Assembly: GCA_002269645.1 (NCBI GenBank)
Contig: NIVC01000181.1
Coordinates: 275,693-339,692, forward strand
Length of the DNA stretch: 64,000 nt
Direction: 5' to 3'
Source of the DNA: Macrostomum lignano
Taxonomy: Eukaryota
Under the pieces are notes generated by a model. That model was not told the DNA's origin and did not search any database. It was given only the letters and a program-made list of their open reading frames with translations. How positions within the stretch are numbered: the stretch's first letter is position 1; every line of letters starts with the position of its first letter. Shown piece after piece: positions 29,801 through 42,568 of this stretch. Made by a program: the position numbers and the translations under genes.

Positions 29801-32800
29801 AGAATCTATAAAAATCCCCAATTCCTAGAATCTCACTGTGAGATAATAGAATCTATAAAAATCCCCAATTCCTAGAATCTCACTGTGAGATAATAGAATC
29901 TATAAAAATCCCCAATTCCTAGAATCTCACTGTGAGATAATAGAATCTATAAAAATCCCCAATTCCTAGAATCTCACTGTGAGATAATAGAATCTATAAA
30001 AATCCCCAATTCCTAGAATCTCACTGTGAGAAAATAGAATCTATAAAAATCCTCAATTCCTAGAATCTCACTGTGAGATAATAGAATCTATAAAAATCCT
30101 CAATTCCTAGAATCTCACTGTGAGATAATAGAATCTATAAAAATCTGCGATTCCTAGAATCTCACTGTGAGATAATAGAATCTATAAAAATCCCCAATTC
30201 CTAGAATCTCACTATGAGATAATAGAATCTATAAAAATCCCCAATTCCTAGAATCTCACTGTGAGATAATAGAATCTATAAAAATCCCCAATTCCTAGAA
30301 TCTCAATGTGAGATAATAGAATCTATAAAAATCCCCAATTCCTAGAATCTCACTGTGAGATAATAGAATCTATAAAAATCCCCAATTCCTAGAATCTCAC
30401 TGTGAGATAATGGAATCTATAAAAATCCCCAATTCCTAGAATCTCAATGTGAGATAATAGAATCTATAAAAATCCCCAATTCCTAGAATCTCACTGTGAG
30501 ATAATAGAATCTATAAAAATCCCCAATTCCTAGAATCTCACTGTGAGATAATAGAATCTATAAAAATCCCCAATTCCTAGAATCTCAATGTGAGATAATA
30601 GAATCTATAAAAATCCCCAATTCCTAGAATCTCAATGTGAGATAATAGAATCTATAAAAATCCCTAATTCCTAGAATCTCACTGTGAGATAATAGAATCT
30701 ATAAAAATCCCCAATTCCTAGAATCTCACTGCGAGATAATAGAATCTATAAAAATCCCCAATTCCTAAAATCTGACTGTGAGATAATAGAATCTATAAAA
30801 ATCCCCAATTCCTAGAATCTCACTGTGAGATAATAGAATCTATAAAAATCCCCAATTCCTAGAATCTCACTGTGAGATAATAGAATCTATAAAAATCCCC
30901 AATTCCTAGAATCTCAATGTGAGATAATAGAATCTATAAAAATCCCCAATCTGATCCCACTGCACAGGAGAACATAAAGTCTCGGCAGGCCTCACATTGA
31001 AAGACCTGAACGAGCAGTCTGAGCACACTGACGATGTCTCGCTGGCATCATCGCCGCTGTCTCCGCCGGCCGCCAGTCGCTGTTGAAGCGCTTCGGCCAG
31101 CGCCGCCGCCTGCTGCTCGGCGTCCAATCCGTCGCCACCTTCGCCGACAACCTGACGGTGCTGCCGCAGTGCCAGAAGCTGCAGCTGGTGCTGCCGTCGC
31201 TGCGGCGCCGGCCCGATGGAGCCGCGCGACAGCCGTCGCGGCAGCATCGACGGTGTCGGCGCCGGGATGCCCGACCGTCTGGGCGAAGCCTCTCGGCTGG
31301 TGATCTGCGAGCGGCAGCGGGCGGGAGGCTGCGGCGGCGGCTCGGACGGAGCCGTCAGTGTCGCCGAGGCCTTCGCGGAATTCGCCGAACTGCTGGTGGC
31401 CGCCCCGGAGGCGAGGCGCTCCCGCTGGCGCCGCTGACCCGTAGAGTAGGAGCTGGGCGGGGCGATCACCCGGCGGCGAAGCTGCGACGACGGCGAAGTC
31501 TCGCGGCTGACCGGAGTCGACTGGCAGCCCGCCCTGCCGGCGGGGCGGCTGCGGCGGCCAGCGGCGGCAGCTGTAGAAGCCTTCGAGGCTGATGACGGGG
31601 GAGGCTGGCGCGGTTGGGCGGCGGCGGCGGCTGAGGCTGGGGTGGGGGATAGGATGAGCGCTGAGCTCGAACCAGCTTGTCAGACCCCCAGTTGCTGGGC
31701 CAGCCTCCCAGATCCCCAGTTGCTGGGCCAGCCTCCCAGATCCCCAGTTGCTGGGCCAACCTCCCAGACCCCCAGTTGCTGGGCCAGCCTCCCAGATCCT
31801 CAGTTGCTGGGCCAGCCTCCCAGATCCTCAGTTACTAAGCCAGATCCTCAGTTACTAAGCCAGATCCTCAGTTACTAAGCCAGATCCTCAGTTACTAAGC
31901 CAGATCCTCAGTTACTAAGCCAGATCTTCAGTTACTGAGCCAGATCCTCAGTTACTAAGCCAGATCCTCAGTTACTAAGCCAGATCCTCAGTTACTAAGC
32001 CAGATCCTCAGTTACTAAGCCAGATCTTCAGTTACTAAGCCAGACTCCTCAGTTACTGAGCCAGACTCCTCAGTTACTGAGCCAGATCCTCAGTTACTAA
32101 GCCAGAGTCCTCAGTTACTGAGCCAGATCCTCAGTTACTAAGCCAGATCCTCAGTTACTGAGCCAGATCCTCAGTTACTAAGCCAGATCCTCAGTTACTG
32201 AGCCAGATCCTCAGTTACTAAGCCAGATCCTCAGTTACTAAGCCAGACTCCTCAGTTACTAAGCCAGATCCTCAGTTACTAAGCCAGATCCTCAGTTATT
32301 AAGCCAGACTCCTCAGTTACTGAGCCAGACTCCTCAGTTACTAAGCTAGACTCCTTAGTTACTGAGATAGACTCCTCAGCTCCTCACCCTTCCCAGCTGC
32401 CGAGCGAGTCACGGCCGGCTCATCAGCAGCAGCCCAGGCCGGGCGGTCCCGCTCCAAGGCGGCCCGAGCCCGCTGGTCCAGCGAAGCCAGCAGCCCGGCC
32501 GCCGCCTCCGGGAACGCGGCCCGCAGCGGCCAATAGGCGGCCCGCGAATGCGCTCGGGCCTCCGCGTCGGCGTCTCCGATGCCGCGCCGGACAGCCTCTG
32601 TCAGGGCCGGCAAGTGCGGACGCAGCGCCGAGGGCGGCCAGTCGGCTAGCGGCCCGGACAGCAGTTCGGCCAGGCGACGCCGCTGGACGGCCGATTTCGA
32701 CTGTCTGAGCGCCAGCAGCGGAGGCAGCAGGCGTGGCGACGGCGTGTTGCGCAGCAGGTGGCGCACGGCCAGCAGCCCGGAGCTGCTGACGATGCGGGCG

Positions 32801-35800
32801 CTGCTGACGGTGAGGCCGAGGGCGGCGTCCAGCAGGGCCTCGCCGAAGCGGTCGGCGCGAGCGCCCAGTCGGAGGGACAGGTAGGCGAGGGTGGCGCAGG
32901 CCTCGCGGACCACCTGGGGTTGGGGAATGTGCGACTAGTTTTTATGAGAGATCAGTCTGCATAGTGGGTCATGGGTCATTGAATCAACCATAGTGGGTCA
33001 TGGGTCATTGACTCAACCATAGTGGGTCATGGGTCATTGAGTCAGCCATAGTGGGTCATGGCTCATTGAGTCAACCATAGTGAGTCATGGATCATTGAGT
33101 CAACCATAGTGAGTCATGGGTCATTGAGTCAACCATAGTGGGTCATGGGTCATTGAGTCAGCCATAGTGGGTCATGGGTCATTGAGTCAACCATAGTGAG
33201 TCATGGATCATTGAGTCAACCATAGTGAGTCATGGGTCATTGACTCAACCATAGTAGGTCATGGGTCATTGAGTCAACCATAGTGGGTCATGGGTCATTG
33301 AGTCAACCATAGTGAGTCATGGATCATTGAGTCAACCATAGTGAGTCATGGGTCATTGAGTCAACCATGGTGGGTCATGGGTCATTGAGTCAACCATGGT
33401 GGGTCATGGGTCATTGAGTCAACCATGGTGGGTCATGGGTCATTGAGTCAACCATGGTGGGTCATGGGTCATTGAGTCAACCATGGTGGGTCATGGGTCA
33501 TTGAGTCAACCATGGTGGGTCAAGGGTCATTGACTCAACCATAGTGGGTCATGGGTCATCAAGCCAATTACAGTGGGTCATTGGTCATTGAGTCAATCGT
33601 AGGGGGTCATGGGTCATCGAGCCAATCATAGTGGGCCATGCTGGATCTGTGGGTCATTATGGGACTCGAAAGTGTGGATAATAATTCAAGATTGGTCACG
33701 AAGGAACATGACTGCTCATATGTGATAGTGGGTCGCCCTCAGGCAAGTCGGGAAGGTCGGCACCGACCTGGGAACGCAGGTCGGACAAGCAGACCCGCGC
33801 GGGATCCTCGAGTTCGCGCAGCGCCGGAAAGAAGGCGTCACCGAAACTGGCAGCGGCGCCGGCTTTGACGAGGGCGCGAAGCCGGCGAAGGGCGTCGATT
33901 CGGCGTTCCCAGTCTTCCGGGCCGACGGACAGGTCCGAGCGGACCCGCTCCAGCTGGTCCTGGACATCGCGTTGGCCCGACAGCTGGAGCCATTCAGCGG
34001 GGTCGGATTCGAAGGTTAAATTTGACACGGCCATATTCTGTTTTTTAGGACCTACCTCGTCATCGTTGGTTGCGAAGGAGTCAGGATGGGTCAGGATGGG
34101 TCAGGATGGGTCAGGATGGGTCAGGATTGGTCAGGATGGGTCAGGATGGGTCAGAATGGGTCAGGATGGGTCAGGATGGGTCAGGATGGGTCAGGATGGG
34201 TCAGGATGGGTCAGGATGGGTCAGGATGGGTCAGGATGGGTCAGGATGGGTCAGGATGGGTCAGGATGGGTCAGGATGGGTCAGGATGGGTCAGGATGGG
34301 TCAGGATGGGTCAGGATGGGTCAGGATGGGTCAGGATGGGTCAGGATGGGTCAGGATGGGTCAGGATGGGTTAGGATAAGACGGAATGGGTCAGGATGGG
34401 TCAGGATGGGTCAGGATGGGTCAGGATGGGTTAGGATAAGACGGAATGGGTCAGGATGGGTTTGGATAAAATGGAATAGGTCAGGATGAGCCAAGGTGGG
34501 TCGGAATGGGTTTGGATGCCTCGGGCATGGATTAAGATGGGTTAAGATGAGTCAGGATGAGTCAGGATGAGCTACTATGAGTGGTGATTCATCATATGAA
34601 TTTCATCAGGACAGATCATGACCAGCCATGATGAGTCCTGACTCATCTTCTACAATATCTAAAATCGACGCAATGGGTCCAAATGAGATTTGGAATGAAT
34701 AGTCTACCTGCAATGCCGGCAGTTGCTCTTCGAATGAATTCACAAAAGTCGCATCGTCAACTGCTCCGGCAACTGGAAAGGAAGGTGAAGCGAATGTCGC
34801 TTAGTTGCTAAGTGGAGTTCGGGCAGTTTGGAGGCCGGGAAGTCTCAGACTGGAGGAAGTTGAGATCCCGTGGGATAAGGACCTGCAGCGGGGTTGGGGG
34901 GCAACTCTGGCAGCAAGAGAAACGGGATATGAAAATTCCTGCGGGAGATCAGACTGGATCTGTAAGTGCAGAGGGGCTGGCAACAAAAGTGCAGCGGAAA
35001 TATTATTGGGATAAACTCTGGACAGAGCCAGTCATATAGATTATGATATAGATTATATTGAATACATGAATGCCACTGAGCTTCTACATAGGGGCGAGCA
35101 GGGGCCAACTGAAGAAAAATAACAGATTAATGATTAGTGAAATAAATGACCAAAGAGCTAATCAACCATCGCTCGGTTTGAGTTATAGTAGATATTGAAC
35201 CATAATTATAGTTTCTATAATGTTTGTCACGGTGTCTCAGTCTCATTTGGCCCGTAATAAACACACACTGTGAATATTATAACAGCAAAACTCTCACACT
35301 CTTTCCACTCACTGGCTCTCTACACTGGCGCATATGGGACACACAAAACTATGTGCAGACTGTAGGAGGCTTTAACCAGGAGCAGCTAAAATGTGAGCGT
35401 AACAACTAATATGTCTGTTATATCGCTAATATTACTGAGAAAATGCAAATTAGATTTCGCCTCGCTCGATCCTGATACCAACTCTCTGAGTCTGGGTCGC
35501 TGTCATCTCTTTCTCTCCCCTCCTCTCTTCTCTCCTCCTCTCATATTTTCCTCCTCTCCTCTCTACCCCTCTTCTCTCTCCTCTCGACTCCCTCATCTCC
35601 TCTCTCCCCTTTTCTCCCTCCTCTCGCCTCCCTCCTCTCCTCTCTCCCCCTTTTTTCTCTCCTCTCGCCTCCCTCATCTTCTCTCTCCCCCTTTTCTCCC
35701 TCCTCTCGCCTCCCTCCTCTCCTCTCTCCCCCTTTTCTCTCTCCTCTCGACTCCCTCCTCTCCTCTCTCCCCTTTTCTCCCTCCTCTCGCCTCCCTCCTC

Positions 35801-38436
35801 TCCTCTCTCCCCTTTTTTCTCTCCTCTTGACTCCCTCATCTTCTCTCTCCCCCTTTTCTCCCTCCTCTCGCCTCCCTCCTCTCCTCTCTCCCCCTTTTCT
35901 CTCTCCTCTTGACTCCCTCATCTCCTCTCTCCCCTTTTTCTCTCTACTCCTGCCTCCCTCCTCTCCTCTCTCCCCCTTTTCTCTCTCCTCTTGACTCCCT
36001 CATCTTCTCTCTCCCCCTTTTCTCCCTCCTCTCGCCTCCCTCCTCTCCTCTCTCCCCTTTTTCTCTCTCCTCTTGACTCCCTCATCTCCTCTCTCCCCCT
36101 TTTTTCTCTCCTCTCGACTCCCTCATCTTCTCTTTCCCCTTTTTCTCTCTCCTCTTGCCTCCCTCCTCTCCTCTCCCCCTTTTTTTCTCTCCTCTCGACT
36201 CCCTCATCTTCTCTCTCCCCTTTTTCTCTCTACTCTTGCCTCCCTCCTCTCCTCTCCCCCCTTTTTTTCTCTCCTCTCCCCCCCCTTTTTTCTCTCCTCT
36301 CGACTCCCTCATCTCTTTCTCTCCCCTTTTCTCTCTCCTCTTGCCTCCCTCCTCTAATATTTTCCTCCTCTCCTCTCTCCCCCTTTTCTCTCTCCTCTCA
36401 CCTCCTTCCTCTCCTCTATCGTCGCCGACTCCCCATTGTCCTTTCTCACTCTCCCTCCCATCATCGCAGATTTTCAAAGCGCTACTTGTGTTGTATTTTT
36501 CCCCGTCGCGTCGCAAACACCTCCACTCCGTGTTCACTCATTCAACATCCCCCACTAAAAGATCAGGGCAGGGTTAGTTGTCAAGAAAGTTTTATGCATA
36601 CTTGCACTATCTGTTAATACACGTTAGATTAGTGCGTAAGGCGAACATTGTGTAGCATATTCTACATTGGCGATCCTAATTCCTTTTAACTCTGTACTGA
36701 AGCACGCCGCTTGCTTGCTGCGAGGTATTTTAGAAGCTAAGAAAAAAACGATTTTTGGGCCGAGAGTTGGCAACAGCTGCACGGGAGAGAGAGAGAGGCG
36801 GTGGAAGCATCGAGCTGCACTACCAGTTCGCTTTCAAGCATAGGAGGAAAAAACAGCTTGAATTTTTAGTCGGCACAGCAAGACTTGTAGGGCTTGAGAG
36901 AACTGCGGCGAAGCGCCCCGAGAGTGAGCTGAGCGACCAGGCACAGGAGTAGGCAGAGTGCTGGATAATTCGTCTTCGAAATAAGATATACACACAGGTA
37001 GAGGAAGTGGGTGACGGGACAGAGACCACTAATGCATGTAGTTACAGGGCAAAGGCAGAGTTCAACTAGCATTGTAAATAACATTAAAGCTAATCTTGCT
37101 GTCTTCTTTGGTATTTAAACATGCACGATGAGGGTGAAATTAAAGCATAGGCGAGGCCCTTACTGTTCTCTGCGCTGGCTCCACTGGCCTGCTGCCGCCT
37201 CAGCTGTGCACTAGGAGCTGCAGCAGCGGGCCTGCTCATCTGGCGACTTCTGAAATGTTACAATTTAATATCGCAATAGCTATGCATCCTATGTACTAAA
37301 AATGTCTCTCTTTATTAAATTATAATTAAGAGATACTATTCTTTATGGTATAATAACTTTACTATACACTAAAATGCAAATAACCAACATGTAATTTTTT
37401 CCAAGAAATTATATAAAAAATCTAAAATGCATCAATTCATTACAACCAAAATTTTAGTCCATATAATTTTAAATTTAATAAAATAAAGGGTATGAAACAT
37501 TTCAACCACAAAGTGACCCCCCAAGGCCAAATTCAGACAATATTTGAATTTTAATTGTATAACTAAAGCATATTTTAGCCTCGAGACAATAGTTAATATT
37601 TAGTAGAATTTTTACTGACAAAAAGTAAACAATGAAATGAAAGACTTTGTGCTAAATTTGATGAAACAGATAACAGAAATTTCTGGGTATTAATTCATAG
37701 ATAATACTGTAAGTTGCAAAATTATTTTTTAAATTTCAATATTTCAATTTCAATTAGTCTTGTAGAGTTGATAATTGTAGTTTAGTTTTTTAAAGGAATA
37801 TTTATTCGGTGTTTTTGACGCCTAATTTTACTAACTTCGATACTGAGGAACTAAAGCAGATAAAAATAAATCCTAAATACACTTGTATTATGCTAGGTTG
37901 ATAAAATAGTTGTTAGAGAGTTAAGAATGAATACGAAATTAAAAGAGAGAAATTATAGAGTAGGCCTTAATTTTTAGATACTCGTTATAGCTGAATACAG
38001 TATAAAATATTTAAATTAAAAGAAAAAAACACATTATACCATGTATATGGAGTATAATAAATGAATGTTGTTAACGCTGCAAAATGTTGTTTTGATTTTT
38101 TGTAATTTGTTTCTTAGACTCTCAGCGAAAACTTAATGATCGCGAAAACTATATCGTTAAAAGGTGAAAACAAATAATATCCAAACTCTAATTTAATAAA
38201 AAAACATAATACTCTTTAATTTGAAAACTGCAAGTTAAAGCCTAACATTGGTACACTGTGCATGGTATTGTTTAAATTAGTGCCTGCATTTAAAATAACC
38301 GGCTCCAGACCGAGGGTTAAAAAGCTAATTTGGGATTTAAGCTCTCAAAACTGGAAGTGATAGCTATTGGATTTTTTTCTAATTATACTTCCATGCATGA
38401 AAACAAAGCACCGGTGCGCCGAGCTTACTGGCCCAT
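23878..38436 (-). CDS. CLASP: CLIP-associating protein (CLASP/Orbit/MAST), ~1100 aa, TOG1-less model; complement(join(23878..24171,24299..24517,24878..25004,25078..25150,25651..25931,26040..26489,26642..26874,27798..27881,30996..31636,32388..32913,33768..33983,34708..34772,37164..37249,38429..38436))
   Basis: TOG2: AGAVDDATFVNSFEE...EDWERRIDALRRLRALVKAGAA...DLRSQVVREAC...GIGDADAEARAHSR. Linker: SRETSP, SREASPRRSGIP, DDASETSSVCSDCSF. TOG3: LEIRRICDIFTRLF...DLHDWLYVLLTRLL. CLIP-binding domain: WDEHFKSVLLVLLETMGD...HQESAVRKAAIFCLV...LLQLYICRA. All 13 introns are GT-AG and phases close into one 3303-nt ORF. The two 5'-most exons and exon 27798..27881 are inferred from splice signals and phase only. 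Confidence 0.88.
24539..24780 (+). repeat. 112-bp tandem duplication (~2.1 copies) in a CLASP intron
   Basis: CAAATTTAGGCTACAA recurs at 24541, 24653 and 24765. Confidence 0.85.
25262..25635 (+). repeat. ~22-bp (GGGGAATCTGTCACTCAATAA) then ~39-bp derived minisatellite in a CLASP intron
   Basis: Direct observation. Confidence 0.8.
26995..27425 (+). repeat. 13-bp minisatellite (CCAGGAGTGACAG)
   Basis: Direct observation. Confidence 0.85.
27965..28530 (+). repeat. 21-bp minisatellite (GGGAAGGGAGAGAGGGAGACT)
   Basis: Direct observation; source of the LSLPSLP ORF. Confidence 0.9.
29310..30950 (+). repeat. 47-bp minisatellite, ~35 units, with palindromic core ATCTCAC-T-GTGAGAT
   Basis: Period 47 (29355 to 29402); highly homogeneous. 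Confidence 0.95.
31689..32350 (+). repeat. 28-bp minisatellite (CAGTTGCTGGGCCAGCCTCCCAGATCC[C/T], ~5 units) grading into a 20-bp derivative (AGCCAGATCCTCAGTTACTA, ~26 units)
   Basis: Period 28 (31691 to 31719), then period 20 from ~31826. Confidence 0.9.
32960..33640 (+). repeat. 29-bp minisatellite (CATAGTGGGTCATGGGTCATTGAGTCAAC) containing TGA(G/C)TCA
   Basis: Period 29 (32960 to 32989); ~21 good units plus a degenerate tail. Confidence 0.9.
34078..34565 (+). repeat. 10-bp minisatellite (GGATGGGTCA)
   Basis: Direct observation. Confidence 0.92.
35510..36420 (+). repeat. CT-rich compound repeat in a CLASP intron
   Basis: ctctcctctctcccc/ctcgcctccc higher-order reiterations. Confidence 0.8.
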
Positions 38437-38859
38437 TTTAACGTATAAATGTAACGGAAAAGCTGTTAATCATAACTGGAACTAGCTAAAAATTCAGTTA
38501 ACCTTAATTCTATAACGCGATGTTTTTGGATGTTCGAAACACCGGTTATCTTTTGCCTTCAGATAAAGGCAAGACAAATGACAAGACCAGAGTAGATGCT
38601 TTTGTGCCTCTTGAGTAGCAGTGCCTCTTGGGCTACAAGATATCGAGTATATTTATAGTACAGTGCAGGAGGGGCTGTTGCCACGGCGGCAGAGCGGTCA
38701 TGTAGGGAGAGAGAATTGCTGGGCTGGGCCGATGCAAAATGCCACACGTGCACACCGCCACTGTGTAGCTACAGTGGGGGGCATAAAAAAACTACACCTT
38801 CGAATATGGAGAATCTTTGGCAATTCAGGTAACATACGAGTTTTAAAAGAAGGTTATAA

Positions 38860-40248
38860 AATGAAGCAAGGGATTGGGGTATTTAAGAAAGTGTTCGTTA
38901 ATTACATGATTGTCTCAAAACCATGCGAGGCTGTGCAAACCCATGTGCCGCACTGCATGGGTCAGCATTCTTAGCTCAACGAACTGTAAATGGGTTAATT
39001 GCTTGCTTAGATGATCGCATTTGCAGAGCACTGGCAAACAGTCCCCAACAAGCAAAGCGAGACAGCGGGGTGCTAGATTTGCAGAATCTCCTTGGGAAAA
39101 TCCATGCTGCACAAAGACTCAGTGGGTTGGGCGGGCAGGCAGGCAAGGCGGACCTCTTTGCAACTCTAGGTGAGAAAGTTCCTCTGGGCTAGGACTCCGC
39201 TCTGCTATTGTTCCGCTCCCAAATGAGGGGATAATTCTCCTCATTGATCAGCCCGGTCCCATATTGAGCCGCCTGCCCGTTCCGAACCTCCTCTCAGCGG
39301 GGTGGCTCCACCTGTGCGGACACCGGCGCGAGAGTCCGCAAGCAGGGGGTCGGGGGAGCCTTCTAGGGCGGGGTCAGCAGAGGACACCAAGGCCTGGGAC
39401 CAGCTGTGGGAACAGAAGAGCAGCTCTGAGCCGTTTGATGTGAGGAATTAGCGAGACCCTGCTGAACGCGTCATCCTTGGCCTGCATTTAGTTCTGAGCA
39501 CAACTTCATCAGGTCCCATCCAGATCCCAACTGACCCCATTGACCTTTCTTGCATGGATATCCCATTGCAGTCAAGCAATGATCCCAAATTCCAAAAGGG
39601 GAGGTCAGTGCCCCCATCTCAGTGCCAGGAGCGGTCCCCGCTACACATATAGAATCTGTGTGTATTCATACAGCCATGAGTCTGCAGTGCTCAGCCAGTC
39701 AATCCAGTCACTTTTGTTATACTTTACCAAAATTTCCAACTCTGCAATCTGAGCAGTTTCCAATTTTTTCTGTACTCGAGAAGCTGCACCCTCTAGTTCT
39801 CATGGCAACTGCTATAAAATGTACTGCCAGATGCCAACTCAAAATGGGCTCAGCTCAACTGATGAAGGAGAACGGAGTCCAGTTTCACTTTCACAGGCGG
39901 CATTGGAGTTGCGTCACAGACTTTCTTAGAAACAGCTTTGCCGGGTCTCCAACCCAGTGCTCAGAACTCCCTCCGTAAGACCGATATGGCACGGTTTTTG
40001 GAATTCGCTCAACAGGTTTGGCCAGGTAATTTATGACTTCACACACTGATAAGAGCTGTCATAATTAGCGTTTCACAAGTGACGGCGGGAGCCACGCATC
40101 TTTTGCGGACACGGGCGGTAATTATCGCTGAGCTGTGACTGGAGACACTCTGGACTGTCTTGAATGTTCTGCTGCCTAAAATTAGTTGCTAAAATGATTC
40201 AATAATGCTCAAATAGTGTGTGCTCACTGCAAACTGTCACTGATAGTG
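38860..40248 (+). repeat. Inverted-repeat arm B: mirror of 20668-22060, 3.9 kb upstream of ovo-B
   Basis: Near-identical reverse complement; similarity fades at both ends. Confidence 0.92.
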
Positions 40249-41636
40249 TGCTGTTCCAGCAACTGCTAAGAAGATACACTATTTTGAGGCCTCTACAAGT
40301 ACGAACTACAAGTATTATTCATTTTCCCGAATTCAAAAACAACTATTATTCTTTGTTTAGTGCTCAAATGAAATTCTCAATCCCCCGGCGGTCTCAGCTC
40401 ACAATGTCTGGGAGGAGACGGCAGTATGGGATAGGTTATTTTTTCAGCTCGGTTAGGCATTAGTGACAAACAAGCTCAAGAAGGTGGCTGGCAGTGACGC
40501 GTTTTTAATTAGATTAGTGCAGACAGTCAGGGAGCGAGGTCTGTTGACCCTGGGGGCAGGGAGGGAGCATTGAACTGTTTAGCAGCGGCTTTCAACGAGT
40601 CAATCGCTGGCCTGTGGTTGGTGTTCTTGACCTGCTTCATTCTTCTGCTATATTATAGCAGCGCTCGAATGTCTCTCACTTCATCTACCGAGGATTTTCT
40701 ACCTGTCTGTTACCCTACTGATTTGTCCGTTGCTATCGTTTTATACCTCCCTCTCTATCTCCCTCTCTGTCTCCCTCGCTGTCTCCCTCTCCATCTACCT
40801 CTCTATGTCCTTCTCTACCCCCTCTGTCTCCTTTTTGTCTCTCGCTCTATCTTTCTTATTTCTTTCTTATATTTCTTATCTCCATCTCTTTCGCCCTCTC
40901 TAAATTCCACTATCTTTCGCAATGGCCCCTATTATCTCTATATGCCTTTATGCTTGCCTAGCTCCCCGTCTCCTTCTTCTACCTGCCTCTCAGTCTCCCT
41001 GTAAACTGCAGCTGCCGCCGCCCCAGTCAGGGAAGCATGTCATTCAAATTCCTTCTTCTAGCAGAGACCTTCAACACAGAAAAAATAATATGCTATAATT
41101 TTTGCATGAAACGCACGTGGCTGGCTCTGAAAAGTCTAGATTAAGTTTTACAACTTGGTCTACAAATATTTCATGAGATGCCAGGTGTCCAGTCTCGCCG
41201 TGCACCCTGTTCCACTATATTTTTCGCTATTCCAATCTCACTGGGCATGACTCACTTGCCAACTCAACACTCCTGCGCCTCATTATTGCATTAAACCACT
41301 CCGAAAGCATTAACTGTCACCCAGAATCCACAGTTGCTCATCTGGCAACATCTTGATCGGCAAGTCAGGTGGATGATCAAGAGGCTTGTTAGATAGACAA
41401 CTCTGTGTTTTCAGTCACCTGTTATCGACAGATTGACTGGTTTGATGTTTTGAAATATGGTTGCAAATGTTACATTAATTTGTTTAACTCGAAACAGTTG
41501 TAGAAATTTTATAATCTTAAAGAAGAAACTCCTCAACCACGGCCTTGTGTGCCCTCCCCCCATTCAACCGCACTGTGTTCTGCCTATCGCTGTGTATATC
41601 TGTCAGCCTATATCTAGTCTCTGTATGAGTATAGTA

Positions 41637-41918
41637 TGTCTATCCCAGCCTGTCTATCCCAGCCTGTCTATCCCAGCCTGTCTATCCCAGCCTGTCTATC
41701 CCAGCCTGTCTATCCCAGCCTGTCTATCCCAGCCTGTCTATCCCAGCCTGTCTATCCCAGCCTGTCTATCCCATCCTGTCTATCCCAGCCTGTCTATCCC
41801 AGCCTGTCTATCCCAGCCTGTCTATCCCAGCCTGTCTATCCCAGCCTGTCTATCCCATCCTGTCTATCCCAGCCTGTCCATCCCAGCCTGTCTATCCCAG
41901 CCTGTCTATCCCAGCCTG
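41637..41918 (+). repeat. 14-bp minisatellite (TGTCTATCCCAGCC), ~20 units
   Basis: Direct observation. Confidence 0.9.
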
Positions 41919-42568
41919 TCTCTGTCTGTCTATCTCTATCTCAGTCTCTCTATCTCTATCTCTATCTCAGTCTCTCTATCTTAATCTCAATCTCTGTCCT
42001 TTTATCCGTCATTCTGCCCTTCAGCCCATATTTTCAAAGTTTCATTAACCCCGGATACTGGGGAGGTTCGAACCAATGGTTGCGCAATTAACATCTCCCT
42101 TCAAAACTGGAGAAACAGGGAAAACTGAACCGAAGCTTTGGATAAACACCGCATGCCAAGCAATGCAGTTCCACAAGCTTGGAAATAAATTTCATAGCGC
42201 CTCACCGCTTCTAGAAGACAAACTTTTCAATGAGGACAAAAAATCTCTTTTGAAGCGGAAAGCCCAAGAACGTACACAAACAATAAACTTCCATTGTGTA
42301 CTGCTCATGATATTACTGTGTTCCAGACTCTCTCGACTCAAAGAAGCGTGACCCGCCATAGCAGTGCCCATCCAATCTTCAACTTGTTGGAGTTTTGTTC
42401 CTCCCCTGCGGCGGTGAGAGCCTCAAGGCAAGCAATTTCTGAAATTGAAAGAAATTTGACAGATCTAGACAGAAAGAAGGGATCTGTCCGTGAGGGCTAG
42501 CACTGACTTCGAAGCCTTGGAGACAAAATATGTTTGTAGAGTTTGAATGCTAAAACACTAAAACTTTA

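Noticed and set aside
29310-30950. CRISPR-like regular repeats with palindromic core
   Set aside because: No unique spacers; head-to-tail eukaryotic minisatellite; no cas genes.
33984-34034. MAVSNLTFESDPAEWLQ as the CLASP start
   Set aside because: A better-conserved upstream exon (34708-34772, AGAVDD...LQ) splices in phase to the AG at 33984-33985, so this stretch is intronic.
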